Shown piece by piece: positions 53,427 to 61,998 of a DNA stretch of 64,000 bases. This DNA comes from Candidatus Spyradenecus sp. (GTDB taxonomy: Bacteria; Verrucomicrobiota; Verrucomicrobiia; Opitutales; UBA953), in assembly GCA_045535075.1 (NCBI GenBank), contig JAZSKX010000017.1, positions 1 through 64,000 on the forward strand. The letters run 5' to 3'. Made by a program: the position numbers and the translations under genes. Numbering within the stretch: position 1 is the first letter of the stretch; each line of letters begins with the position of its first letter. The notes under the pieces were generated by a model. That model saw only the letters and a list, made by a program, of their open reading frames with translations, had not been told where the DNA came from and ran no database searches.

Positions 53427-54350
53427 TTAACAGCCGCCGCCGCATCCTCCACGGAAACGGGATTTCGATTTCTTTGCCGTTAGCCAATAAGCAATTAATG
53501 TTTTTTGGAGTTCGGAAAACTGATCCTGCAATTTAACGCTAATCGGAGGCGTTGCCAAAAAATAAAGGAGTGCATGGAAATCGCGATCACCTTGAAGTTC
53601 CAACGGGACTTTGAGAATGTCTGATTCACGGGAACGCCACCGGGAAACACTCCTTAGCAGGAGAAAGTATTCGTAAATTTTTTGAGGATTATTTTCCGCC
53701 CAGCCGAGCAAGGCATCGCGCTCCCGTGCGAGAAGACGCTCGCGTTTCCCGATTAAATATTTTTGGCGAATATACATAAATTTCGCCATTTCTAATGCCA
53801 AGTTCCCATCTCGAATTTTCGTTGTTTTGGGAAGTTCGAGAATCGGTTTGTATAATTCTTCCGGCGAGTCATTTTCCGCTTCCGAGAAAATATCGGCTAC
53901 AATTTTCAGACTCATCTCGAATTGCTCCCTGGCAAGCTCCGGTGCCAAATTTTTCATTTCGGAAGAAAGTAATTCTTCGAGAAAACGCTCTTTCGCCTGG
54001 ATGTCAACAAGGGCGATTGACTCCAACCACCGATTTCCGCTCTTACAAAAATCGTCAAACGGCATACGCCACCCAAGCAACTCATTGTAAGTTTTCTTAT
54101 TTTTTTCAAATCGTTCCCGCGCTTTTTCCTGCGTTTTTAAACTCGGAATCTCAACAACAACATTTCCGGAAGAAACTTCGCGGGAAACCGGCTCATCTTC
54201 GTCGTAGAAATAACCAAACCGCAACGCCTTTTTCTCGTATTTTTGCGTTTTCGCGGTTTTTTCTCCGTACATAACAGGACCTGCCGGACGCGCAAAAAGC
54301 AAACTGCATCCGACAAAGAAAAAAGCCAAGATCGTTGAGAGATTATTCAC
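53427..54350 (-). CDS. Hypothetical exported protein (cassette gene B3)
   Basis: 307-aa ORF, GTG start overlapping the upstream gene end, hydrophobic N-terminus, C-terminal GGCGGGC. Confidence 0.7.
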   Translation of the reverse strand: MNNLSTILAFFFVGCSLLFARPAGPVMYGEKTAKTQKYEKKALRFGYFYDEDEPVSREVSSGNVVVEIPSLKTQEKARERFEKNKKTYNELLGWRMPFDDFCKSGNRWLESIALVDIQAKERFLEELLSSEMKNLAPELAREQFEMSLKIVADIFSEAENDSPEELYKPILELPKTTKIRDGNLALEMAKFMYIRQKYLIGKRERLLARERDALLGWAENNPQKIYEYFLLLRSVSRWRSRESDILKVPLELQGDRDFHALLYFLATPPISVKLQDQFSELQKTLIAYWLTAKKSKSRFRGGCGGGC

Positions 54351-55725
54351 TGGATTGCCCCGGACAAAAATCTTTTTTCACTGAAATACTTAATCCTGTT
54401 CCAGACCACAGTACGCCATCAGAATCAACGCTTACGAGTTTAATTTTTTTACACGTTGCAACCTGAACACTCTTCGGTGAAATCTCTTTCTTGTAGTCTC
54501 TCTCATCATTCTCTGTTTTCTCTATTTCAACTAATTCCTCTTCAGAAGCGACCGTCCACCTAACAGGAATTTTCCACGTTAACGTCCCAAGTATAGCTCC
54601 TTCTTCTGCATCCAAAAAATCCTTACTATTAAAGAAATCGTAAGGAAATTCAAATATGCCAAACCCGACAGTATCTTCCCAATCGTTTTCTTTCTTTAAA
54701 GCCATAAGTTCAGTTCCAGGTTCATGGACTGTCCCCGACATTCCCGAAAATATTCCTGTCGCACTCCTCTCTCCAATGCATTCCCAAAATCGAGCACCGG
54801 CGAATGAAACATCAGTAGGGTGTACTACTACTTTATATTTTGTTGTCATTCCTACCTCGGCTCGGACAGTCACTTTTTCTCCCGAATCAAGCTTACTAAC
54901 CGTTTCATAGAACGCATTTCGTTCATCAATAATTTCCTCGCCTATTTGGAATTCCGGACAGACAACAGAAATAAAATCCTTTAAAACCTCTCCGTCCGCA
55001 AACATCGCAAGTAACACAACATCCCCATCCACATAAAACCTATCCCCTAGAATTTCAATATTCCCCGCAGTTGGCGGAGTAATCGTCAACACGCTTCCAT
55101 CGGCAAACTCAAGTCGTACAGACGAAGGTCCTTCCAACTCCAAACTTTCATCATCTTTAGAGCGAATCCAAATTTTTAAAGATTCCCCGACTCCAATTTT
55201 TCGGCGCTCTGAAATCGGATAATTTTCTGTTAGCCCCGCATTTCCCGCATTCGGAGGGGCATAGAGAAAGCCTATGTGTAGCTTCCTTAAAGACCGTTTC
55301 AGAATAATTGTTACGTTAAGAGAATATGGACCGCCGATGGTTTCGTAATTCCCACTAAGAGAAAGGCTGTCAGAGGGAGAGCTTATCCATTGCTTTGTTT
55401 CATCCTCGCTCGGATTATGCAAGGTTGAACTCGCTGAAATTTCCCCGATATTCACAGTTGCGGTATCATCAGAAGAAACACGTACGGAATAAAGATTCGC
55501 GGAGTATTTAATGCTACAGGAAAATGCTGCCGTAAATTTTTGTTGGTAATAGGGTGCTGTTCCTGAAAACCCAAACGAAATCGTTGTTATTTCATACGCG
55601 CCGGAAATCTCCCGTGTAACAGCAGGAATTATGCTTTCCGCCAAGCCTTCAGGCGGGTTTTCTCCTCCACTCACAAAGCGCCAATCGGATATAAAACTCT
55701 GCCAATTTAATGTTTCCGTGCTCAT
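54343..55725 (-). CDS. Hypothetical protein (cassette gene A3), paralog of 57701-59383
   Basis: Starts MSTETLNWQSFISDWRFVSGGENPPEGL; shares SSDDTATV, GGPYSL, VHPTDVSFA and PVRW motifs. Confidence 0.8.
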   Translation of the reverse strand: MSTETLNWQSFISDWRFVSGGENPPEGLAESIIPAVTREISGAYEITTISFGFSGTAPYYQQKFTAAFSCSIKYSANLYSVRVSSDDTATVNIGEISASSTLHNPSEDETKQWISSPSDSLSLSGNYETIGGPYSLNVTIILKRSLRKLHIGFLYAPPNAGNAGLTENYPISERRKIGVGESLKIWIRSKDDESLELEGPSSVRLEFADGSVLTITPPTAGNIEILGDRFYVDGDVVLLAMFADGEVLKDFISVVCPEFQIGEEIIDERNAFYETVSKLDSGEKVTVRAEVGMTTKYKVVVHPTDVSFAGARFWECIGERSATGIFSGMSGTVHEPGTELMALKKENDWEDTVGFGIFEFPYDFFNSKDFLDAEEGAILGTLTWKIPVRWTVASEEELVEIEKTENDERDYKKEISPKSVQVATCKKIKLVSVDSDGVLWSGTGLSISVKKDFCPGQSSE

Positions 55726-55769
55726 TGTTTTATCCTTTTGGGTTATTTGTTCGTAGAGGGAAAAACATT

Positions 55770-55802
55770 CTACGCGGAAGCGAGAGAGGCGCGGAGGCGG
55801 GC
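55770..55802 (-). pseudogene. Orphan copy of the atpH 3' end (ARLRASLASA-stop)
   Basis: GCC CGC CTC CGC GCC TCT CTC GCT TCC GCG TAG versus native GCT CGC CTC CGA GCC TCC CTC GCT TCC GCG TAG, followed by a near-identical UTR. Confidence 0.85.
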
Positions 55803-55971
55803 GCTCTCCGAAATCGCATCGTCTGAACACGATCCGCCAACACTCCGCCTTCTTTAATCGGCTCATCTTCGTCGTTCATAGTTGTGATTTCGTTTTAAGT
55901 TTTTTTGTTAAAGGGGGGTTAGATCCATTTTGTTTTTCTCGACGCGCCTCCGCCTCACAAATCGCATTATA
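55801..55971. repeat. About 170-bp direct repeat, copy 1 (B-gene 3' end, atpA leader, A-gene C-terminal fragment)
   Basis: Near-identical to 56834-57009. Confidence 0.92.
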
Positions 55972-56766
55972 GATTGGGATAAGACTTTGATGGATACATC
56001 CTTCTTCATTTTTGTGTTCTTTGAGATAACGCTCCGACATTTTTCCAAAGTTTGTTTTTTGGAGAATTCGGCTCTTTTCGAAAAGCTCAAGGGGTTTATC
56101 CATGTCATCCGGATACGCTCTGATAAGCAATGAAATAAAATCGTCGACCACTACTAACAACGCCGTCATGTTGGTACGATATCTTATTCGACGCAATCTG
56201 TAAGAGTAAAAATCTTCACGACGTTTTAATTGTGCAACGACGTCCGCTTCGGTAAGATTCCGCGCACGAAGCGCATCTCCTTCAATTTTCAGCTGAACAC
56301 GCCCCCAATCGTCCTCACTTAAAAAATCCGCAATGAGCGCAGATGCCATTTCCGCGTTTTGGCGTAAAGATTCCATAGAAGCCCCTCGGAAGGGCGGACG
56401 ACAAAGCTCCTTCATGAAACGAAGCTTTGCAATTATCTCTTTCTCAATTTTCGGATTAGGTCTGAGCGGATTCCCCTCGTAGTAGAAGGATCCGTATCGA
56501 GGATTGCTGTATTGAGGATTATTAAATTCATCATAAGAAACGCGGCGTTTATACAAAATTCGGAATCGTTCTTCCCGAGGCAAAGCTAAAAAATCTTTGT
56601 TTTCCGGGAAAATAATGGCCCCCGGATGAGCTTCACGCATCATAATATTCGCCAACCACCGGCTATCTTCCTCTCGCGAAGGAAGATTCTCTCCCCTTTG
56701 TTCTTCCGCATGAACAACCACACAGAAAAAGCAAAAAAGAATTACCAACAATCGCCGCAAAAACAT
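55876..56766 (-). CDS. Hypothetical exported protein (cassette gene B2), paralog of B1
   Basis: Signal peptide; EER..IL..R.VSY.E, LR.NAE.ASAL.AD.LSE..WG and IYNAICEAEARREKQNGSNP shared with B1. Confidence 0.8.
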   Translation of the reverse strand: MFLRRLLVILFCFFCVVVHAEEQRGENLPSREEDSRWLANIMMREAHPGAIIFPENKDFLALPREERFRILYKRRVSYDEFNNPQYSNPRYGSFYYEGNPLRPNPKIEKEIIAKLRFMKELCRPPFRGASMESLRQNAEMASALIADFLSEDDWGRVQLKIEGDALRARNLTEADVVAQLKRREDFYSYRLRRIRYRTNMTALLVVVDDFISLLIRAYPDDMDKPLELFEKSRILQKTNFGKMSERYLKEHKNEEGCIHQSLIPIYNAICEAEARREKQNGSNPPLTKKLKTKSQL

Positions 56767-56768
56767 TA

Positions 56769-56912
56769 TTAAGAAATCCTTTCGCTCTTAAATTCCTTGG
56801 AAACATGAACTTCGAGCAACGGCGACGGTGGAAGCGCTCTCCGAAATCGCATCGTCTGAACACGATCCGCCAACGCTCCGTCTTCTTTAATCGGCTCATC
56901 TTCGTCGTTCAT
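56769..56912 (-). pseudogene. 47-codon orphan C-terminal fragment of an A-family gene, fused to an atpA-leader copy
   Basis: MNDEDEPIKEDGALADRVQTMRFRRALPPSPLLEVHVSKEF aligns with the A1 end ..DGCLPDRVQTMTLYKNQTPPPLLTVVVKKVF. Confidence 0.75.
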
Positions 56913-57009
56913 AGTTGTGATTTCGTTTTAAGTTTTTTTGTTTTTGTTAAAGGGGGTTAGATCCATTTTGTTTTTCTCGACGCGCCTCCGCCTCACAAAT
57001 CGCATTATA
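56834..57009. repeat. About 175-bp direct repeat, copy 2
   Basis: Near-identical to 55801-55971. Confidence 0.92.
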
Positions 57010-57717
57010 AATACATTGTTCCTCAGATCTCCATCTCGAAAATCCTTTTTTATACTCGTCGGACATCTTCCCTTTATGTGTTCTTTGGGGAATCAAACTT
57101 TTCTCGTAGAGGGCAACTGCCGCATCCCAATCGTCCGAATAAGCCTCAATAAGCAACTGATGAAACTCCCCCATGTCGTTAGGTCCGGTGTTGCTAAAAC
57201 TTCTCTCCACTAAAAACAGTCTGGCTTCATAAAACGAGCGTATCGCCTTCAAGCGCTTAGTAAATACGTCCTTATCAAGGTTTAGAGCTTGGAGTCGTTG
57301 CTCAGCTCTTTTCAACTGCTGCTCGCCCCATTCTTTTTCACTCAAAAGATCGGCAAACAATGCAGACGCTTTTTCTGCGTTACTTCTCAACTCATCCCGC
57401 GTTACATGTTTTTTACAATAGGCCCTGCACAGGGAATACGCCAGATAGCGCTTAGCACGAATCTCACATCGAACAGAGACGATTCCAGGCCCCCGGGGAT
57501 ATTTGTCTTCTTCATAAGAAACTTTGCGCCCAAGCAAGATTTTGTAGCGCTCCTCAACGGGAAGGCTCCAATATTCCTCTATCGTTCCCGCATAAATAAT
57601 TTTTCCGGGAAAAAATCGTTCTTCCAATATTTTCGCCATGGAAACCTCTTCTGCAGTAGCGGCATTCCCGCAAAAAAGCAACAAGGTCCATAAAACTAAT
57701 TTAAACAGGATATTCAT
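56947..57717 (-). CDS. Hypothetical exported protein (cassette gene B1)
   Basis: Signal peptide MNILFKLVLWTLLLFCGNAATA; start overlaps the A1 end. Confidence 0.8.
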   Translation of the reverse strand: MNILFKLVLWTLLLFCGNAATAEEVSMAKILEERFFPGKIIYAGTIEEYWSLPVEERYKILLGRKVSYEEDKYPRGPGIVSVRCEIRAKRYLAYSLCRAYCKKHVTRDELRSNAEKASALFADLLSEKEWGEQQLKRAEQRLQALNLDKDVFTKRLKAIRSFYEARLFLVERSFSNTGPNDMGEFHQLLIEAYSDDWDAAVALYEKSLIPQRTHKGKMSDEYKKGFSRWRSEEQCIYNAICEAEARREKQNGSNPL

Positions 57718-59383
57718 TTCCAAAAACTTTTTTTACCACAACTGTAAGTAGCGGCGGCGGAGTTTGATTTTTATACAAAGTCATGGTTTGAACTCGATCG
57801 GGCAAGCAACCATCCGCACGTATCATCGAATTTTGCCCTTCCTCGCCCGGATTATTCATGCTCCATCTTACCGGACAAACCCACTTCAAGACTCCAACAT
57901 CGCCAGCCTCCGACACAATCGCGGACTCGATTGTGTCGTCTGAAAAATTTGCAGCATAAAACGCACAATCCGTCCATTGGTTTTCACCATACAATTGGCA
58001 GGGTTCAGCCGGCAAATGAGCTGTATCAAGTCCAGGCTCCAAAAACAATCCGGATTTTTCCTCCGGGTGTTCATTCTCCCAAAAATATAAGTACGCAAAC
58101 GAAACGTCCGTCGGATGAACCGTTATCAAATAATAGTTCCCGTCGTAATAAGGATTTCCTTTATAGTCAATTCGTCGTTTAGCGATCTGTTCTTCTGTCT
58201 CCCCGTGCCACTTCAAAAAATTCACAAATTCTTCTTCCGTTAGCTTTTTTACCGTCTCGTGCGTAGGGTATTTAATTGTAAATTTCAACGGAATTTCTTC
58301 TCCATCGTCAAAACAAGCAATAAGTTGACACTCCCGCTCCGACTCCCCGTTTTTGGGAAGAAGACTTGTCTTTGCGCAAACCTCGTCTTTGTACAAATCA
58401 TAAGACTCCGCCCAAGAATCAGGCGCTCCTAGGAGTTTTTTTGTGTATTTATGCCTTAGTCGAACATGGGCAACCTCTGATACGCCAAACACATTACGTT
58501 CAGCAAGCTTCCCCTTAAGCTCCTCCTCAGAGTATTCCGGAACATGCATTAGCTCATCCGGCGTGTTTAAGAGAGTTTCAAAATAAACTTCCCGTAACGA
58601 CCGTTTTACGGTAATGGTTACAGAAAGACGATACGGACCACCGGCGTTGTGATAGGAAACGGAGATTGGGAACGTATTCGGGACTTTCTCTATCCAACCG
58701 GAATCATACCTCGCAGGATTGTTCAAGGTTGCCCTCACGAGATAATCTCCGACGGAAACCGTCGCCTCGTCGTCAGCTTCGACGCTGATTTCCACCCAAC
58801 TCCCACCGTCAATTTCAAGCGGAAGACTATCCCACGAAAATCCCAACGTATCAGATCGGGCGTTCCCGCTAAACGAAAGTCTCGCCGTTTTTATTTCATA
58901 GGGACCGGACTCTGTCCATGCTTCACTGACAACCCATTTTGCGCCAATTAAACGCTTTAAAGTAATCGTTACCGAAAGTGAATACGGACCGCCTATTGTT
59001 TCAAATGTTCCCGAGACTGCCGGAAGATTGCCTGCGGTGTCGCTCCACGCGGACGAAGCAATACCTCCGGCGTTAAGCCGCGACGAAACAAAATCCACTC
59101 CTCCAAGTTGCACGGTTGCGGTATCATCCGACGAAACAGATACTTCGTAAAAATTTACAGCTCCCAAAACACGAAACGAAAATTCCGCCGTGAATTTCTG
59201 CTGATGATACGGAGCCGTTCCCGAAAAACCGAACGAGATGGTTGTAATTTCAAAAAGTCCGTCCGAACTTCTTGTAACCGCCGGAACAACACTTTCCCCC
59301 AAGCCTTCCGGCGGGTTTTCTCCTCCACTCACAAAGCGCCAATCGGATATAAAACTCTGCCAATTTAATGTTTCTGTGCTCAT
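57701..59383 (-). CDS. Hypothetical protein (cassette gene A1) with a duplicated beta-rich N-terminal domain
   Basis: 560-aa ORF; two units with DD.ATV and GGPY.LSVTIT.KR; no signal peptide. Confidence 0.8.
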   Translation of the reverse strand: MSTETLNWQSFISDWRFVSGGENPPEGLGESVVPAVTRSSDGLFEITTISFGFSGTAPYHQQKFTAEFSFRVLGAVNFYEVSVSSDDTATVQLGGVDFVSSRLNAGGIASSAWSDTAGNLPAVSGTFETIGGPYSLSVTITLKRLIGAKWVVSEAWTESGPYEIKTARLSFSGNARSDTLGFSWDSLPLEIDGGSWVEISVEADDEATVSVGDYLVRATLNNPARYDSGWIEKVPNTFPISVSYHNAGGPYRLSVTITVKRSLREVYFETLLNTPDELMHVPEYSEEELKGKLAERNVFGVSEVAHVRLRHKYTKKLLGAPDSWAESYDLYKDEVCAKTSLLPKNGESERECQLIACFDDGEEIPLKFTIKYPTHETVKKLTEEEFVNFLKWHGETEEQIAKRRIDYKGNPYYDGNYYLITVHPTDVSFAYLYFWENEHPEEKSGLFLEPGLDTAHLPAEPCQLYGENQWTDCAFYAANFSDDTIESAIVSEAGDVGVLKWVCPVRWSMNNPGEEGQNSMIRADGCLPDRVQTMTLYKNQTPPPLLTVVVKKVFGNEYPV

Positions 59384-59431
59384 TGCTTTATCCTTTCGTT
59401 TGAGTTATTTGTTTGTAGAGGGAAAAACATT

Positions 59432-59842
59432 CTACGCGGAAGCGAGGGAGGCTCGGAGGCGAGCGAGCGTTCCCGCAAGCGAGGCATCGTAAACATCGTC
59501 GCCGACCTGGACGCGCAAGCCGCCGAGAAGTGCGGCGTTTTCCGTGGCGACGGGCACAATCGGGCGATTATAAATTTCGGAAAAATGCGCAGCGATGGCA
59601 TTTACCGTTCCCGCAGCGAGCGTTCCCGCGTATTCAATGCGAGCTTCGGAAAAACGCAGTTCGCGGGCGACGGCGGCGTAAAACGCCTCAAGAATCGGAC
59701 GCAATTGCGCCGACGGGAACGCCTTGGGGAGTTCCGAGAGCACGGCTTTGACGCGCGCGGCATCGATGTTCCCGTCCGCCCCGCGCGAAAGCTCCGTGAG
59801 CCGCGCCGTCACTTTCTGCAAATTTTTATCTTTCTTAGCCAT
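59432..59842 (-). CDS. atpH: ATP synthase delta subunit (short form)
   Basis: LLGGLRVQVGDDVYDASL motif; operon position. Confidence 0.92.
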   Translation of the reverse strand: MAKKDKNLQKVTARLTELSRGADGNIDAARVKAVLSELPKAFPSAQLRPILEAFYAAVARELRFSEARIEYAGTLAAGTVNAIAAHFSEIYNRPIVPVATENAALLGGLRVQVGDDVYDASLAGTLARLRASLASA

Positions 59843-59900
59843 TTTCTTTTAAAAATTTATTTTTTAGAGAAACCACGAATTTCACGAATGAACACGAATT

Positions 59901-60761
59901 TTATTCCGAAGATTCGAGCGTAAAATTTTCATTGCTTAAAAGCATTCGCCGTTCCCGCTCGATTTGCGGAATGCCTTTCGGCGGACACGGCAAATCTTCC
60001 GGTAAAGTTCCGCCGAGATCTTTAATCGTTTCGCGAACTTTTTTGCCGACTTCGTAATGAGCGGAATTTGCGGCGGTTTTTCCCGTGATGTTTTCCCGAC
60101 GGATTTTCTCCTCCGCTTGCGTCGCACGGAAAAGGTTCGCGGCAAGTTCCGTGCTACCCATGTGATCGAGAATTTTTTGATTTTTCTTCAACCCTTTGTG
60201 CGCGTGGATCGCTTTCGCGTCCATGCCGCCGTAAAGCCCTTTGTAGCCATGATTTTGGAATATTGCGTAGTCCAATTCCGTGCGAACTCCGGCTTGTTTG
60301 GCTGTTTCGACAAGAGCTTTATTGTGTTCCCGCAACTCGTTGCGCAAAAACAATCGTCGATCCTCTTCGCTGAGAGCCTTAAAGGCAGCATCATCCGCAA
60401 GCTCCTGTCTCCGCGTTTGAATCGCGAAATACGTTTGTCCAAGCGCGATAACGGGCTTCGTCGGATCGCCGTTTTGAACGATAAGGTAACATGCGTAGCG
60501 CGAGAGGTGATAATCTTCGATTTCGCGTTGAGCACCTTTCGCGGCAGTGATCAATTTCACCTTGAGGTGAAAATGATCCGAAGCCTTTGCCCCCGCGGTT
60601 TCGCAGGCGGTTTGGGCTCGAACGATTAGCTCTTTGAATTTTTCCCAGCGGCTGTATTCCAGTGCGGGGAAAAGCTCTCGCGCAGACCAATACTCCCCGC
60701 CTTCGGCAGTGGTGTGTCGGAGCGCTTCAAACGTTTGATTATGTTTTTCGGGAACGGTCAT
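59901..60761 (-). CDS. dinD: DNA damage-inducible protein D family
   Basis: EYWSAREL, LSRYACYLIVQNGDP.K, QTYFAIQTRRQE and HMGSTELAANLFRATQ motifs. Confidence 0.92.
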   Translation of the reverse strand: MTVPEKHNQTFEALRHTTAEGGEYWSARELFPALEYSRWEKFKELIVRAQTACETAGAKASDHFHLKVKLITAAKGAQREIEDYHLSRYACYLIVQNGDPTKPVIALGQTYFAIQTRRQELADDAAFKALSEEDRRLFLRNELREHNKALVETAKQAGVRTELDYAIFQNHGYKGLYGGMDAKAIHAHKGLKKNQKILDHMGSTELAANLFRATQAEEKIRRENITGKTAANSAHYEVGKKVRETIKDLGGTLPEDLPCPPKGIPQIERERRMLLSNENFTLESSE

Positions 60762-60907
60762 GTGTTTTTATTTTTCGGAGAAGAAACCACGAATTTCACG
60801 AATGAACACAAATGTTTTTAACGCAAAGTAAAAAAAGAATTCCGTGGTTAAAATCATTCGTGGAATTTGTGTAATTCGTGGATTCTCCTTTCTTTAAGCA
60901 TTAAGCT

Positions 60908-61465
60908 CTAATCTTTCTTTATCTCTTTTGCGGCGGCTTCGGCGAGGCGGGATTTTTCCGCGGCGGGAAGGTCTCGAGCGAGGAGCTTGGCGGTTGTTTC
61001 GACAACGAGCGCGGCGACTTCGCCTTTCAGATCGGCGAGCATTTTTTCGCGTTCCCGCGCGATGTTTTCGGCGGCACGCTTTTCGGTTTCCTCAGCGCGG
61101 GAAATCGCGTCTTGCGCGGCTTTTTCCACCGTTTCCTTAGCGGCTTTGCGGGCGGATTCGATGACGGCGGCGGCTTCCTGCGCGGCTTGCGTCATTTTCG
61201 CCTTGTAGTCGGCTTCGGACTGCGCGAGCTTCGCCTTCATTTCATCGGAAAACTGCAAGCCTTCCGCAATTTTTGCCTGTCGCTCGGCAATCGTTTTCAT
61301 CAGCGGGCGGAAGCCGAAATACCACACGACGAGCGCGAGCACGGCAAAGCTGATAATTTGGACGACGAGCGGGCCGGCTTCGATGCCGAATTTCGTTGTT
61401 ACCTGTGTAAATTTGTTTCCGCCTTCAGCGGCGGGAACGGCACTGGCTAAAATTTGAGCAAACAT
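60908..61465 (-). CDS. atpF: ATP synthase subunit b
   Basis: TM helix followed by PL...I.ERQ.KI..GL coiled coil; start MFAQILAS. Confidence 0.94.
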   Translation of the reverse strand: MFAQILASAVPAAEGGNKFTQVTTKFGIEAGPLVVQIISFAVLALVVWYFGFRPLMKTIAERQAKIAEGLQFSDEMKAKLAQSEADYKAKMTQAAQEAAAVIESARKAAKETVEKAAQDAISRAEETEKRAAENIAREREKMLADLKGEVAALVVETTAKLLARDLPAAEKSRLAEAAAKEIKKD

Positions 61466-61504
61466 TTTTACGTTGGGGAAAATTGGATAGATAACCGGTA
61501 GGGG

Positions 61505-61615
61505 TAGTGAATAATGAATAGTGAATAATAAATGGTTCATTGCTAAAGTTTTTGCACGAATGAGCAAAAACTTTGAACACTGCGTTATTCGTTATTCACT
61601 ATTCATTATTCACTA
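61505..61615. repeat. Empty heptamer-repeat hairpin with perfect 24-bp arms
   Basis: TAGTGAATAATGAATAGTGAATAA (61505-61528) and its exact reverse complement (61592-61615). Confidence 0.9.
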
Positions 61616-61621
61616 ACTTTC

Positions 61622-61843
61622 TTACGCCAGGAAGAGCACGTAGAACGCGATAGCTTCCGCAAGCGCCATGCCGAGAATCGCGAGAACGAGAATTTTCCCG
61701 AACGCGCCCGGATTGCGCCCGACGGCTTCGACAGCCTTGCTGCCGACCCATCCGACGCCGATAGCTGCCGCCGCGCAACCGAGTGCGACGTGGAGGCTTC
61801 CGTCAACGGCTGCTGCCGCTTGTGCGAGGAGTGCTGTAATCAT
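61622..61843 (-). CDS. atpE: ATP synthase subunit c
   Basis: GRNP loop and conserved Glu in ALAEAIAFY. Confidence 0.96.
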   Translation of the reverse strand: MITALLAQAAAAVDGSLHVALGCAAAAIGVGWVGSKAVEAVGRNPGAFGKILVLAILGMALAEAIAFYVLFLA

Positions 61844-61998
61844 GTTGTTATACCTTTTGTTATTGTGGGTTATTGTGGGTTATTGTGGATTCCGGCGTGG
61901 ACGCTCTCGGCATCCTCCCGCACGGAAAAAGGGAATAAATAAGGCAGACGTGATAGTTGATAACTGATAGGGCACTTATCCGTTTTCAGATTTGCCTT

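Noticed and set aside
54343..55866. 507-aa ORF call starting at 55866
   Set aside because: The first 47 codons run through the junction repeat and the atpH remnant; the paralog A1 indicates the real start is ATG 55725.
53427..59383. Prophage, integron or IS origin for the atpH-atpA insert
   Set aside because: No integrase, transposase, phage genes or attC-like sites; the junctions are copies of host atp sequence.
61622..61843. Possible Na+-coupled ATP synthase
   Set aside because: The c-subunit Glu is followed by Ala rather than Ser/Thr and the helix-1 Gln/Glu ligand is absent, consistent with H+ coupling.
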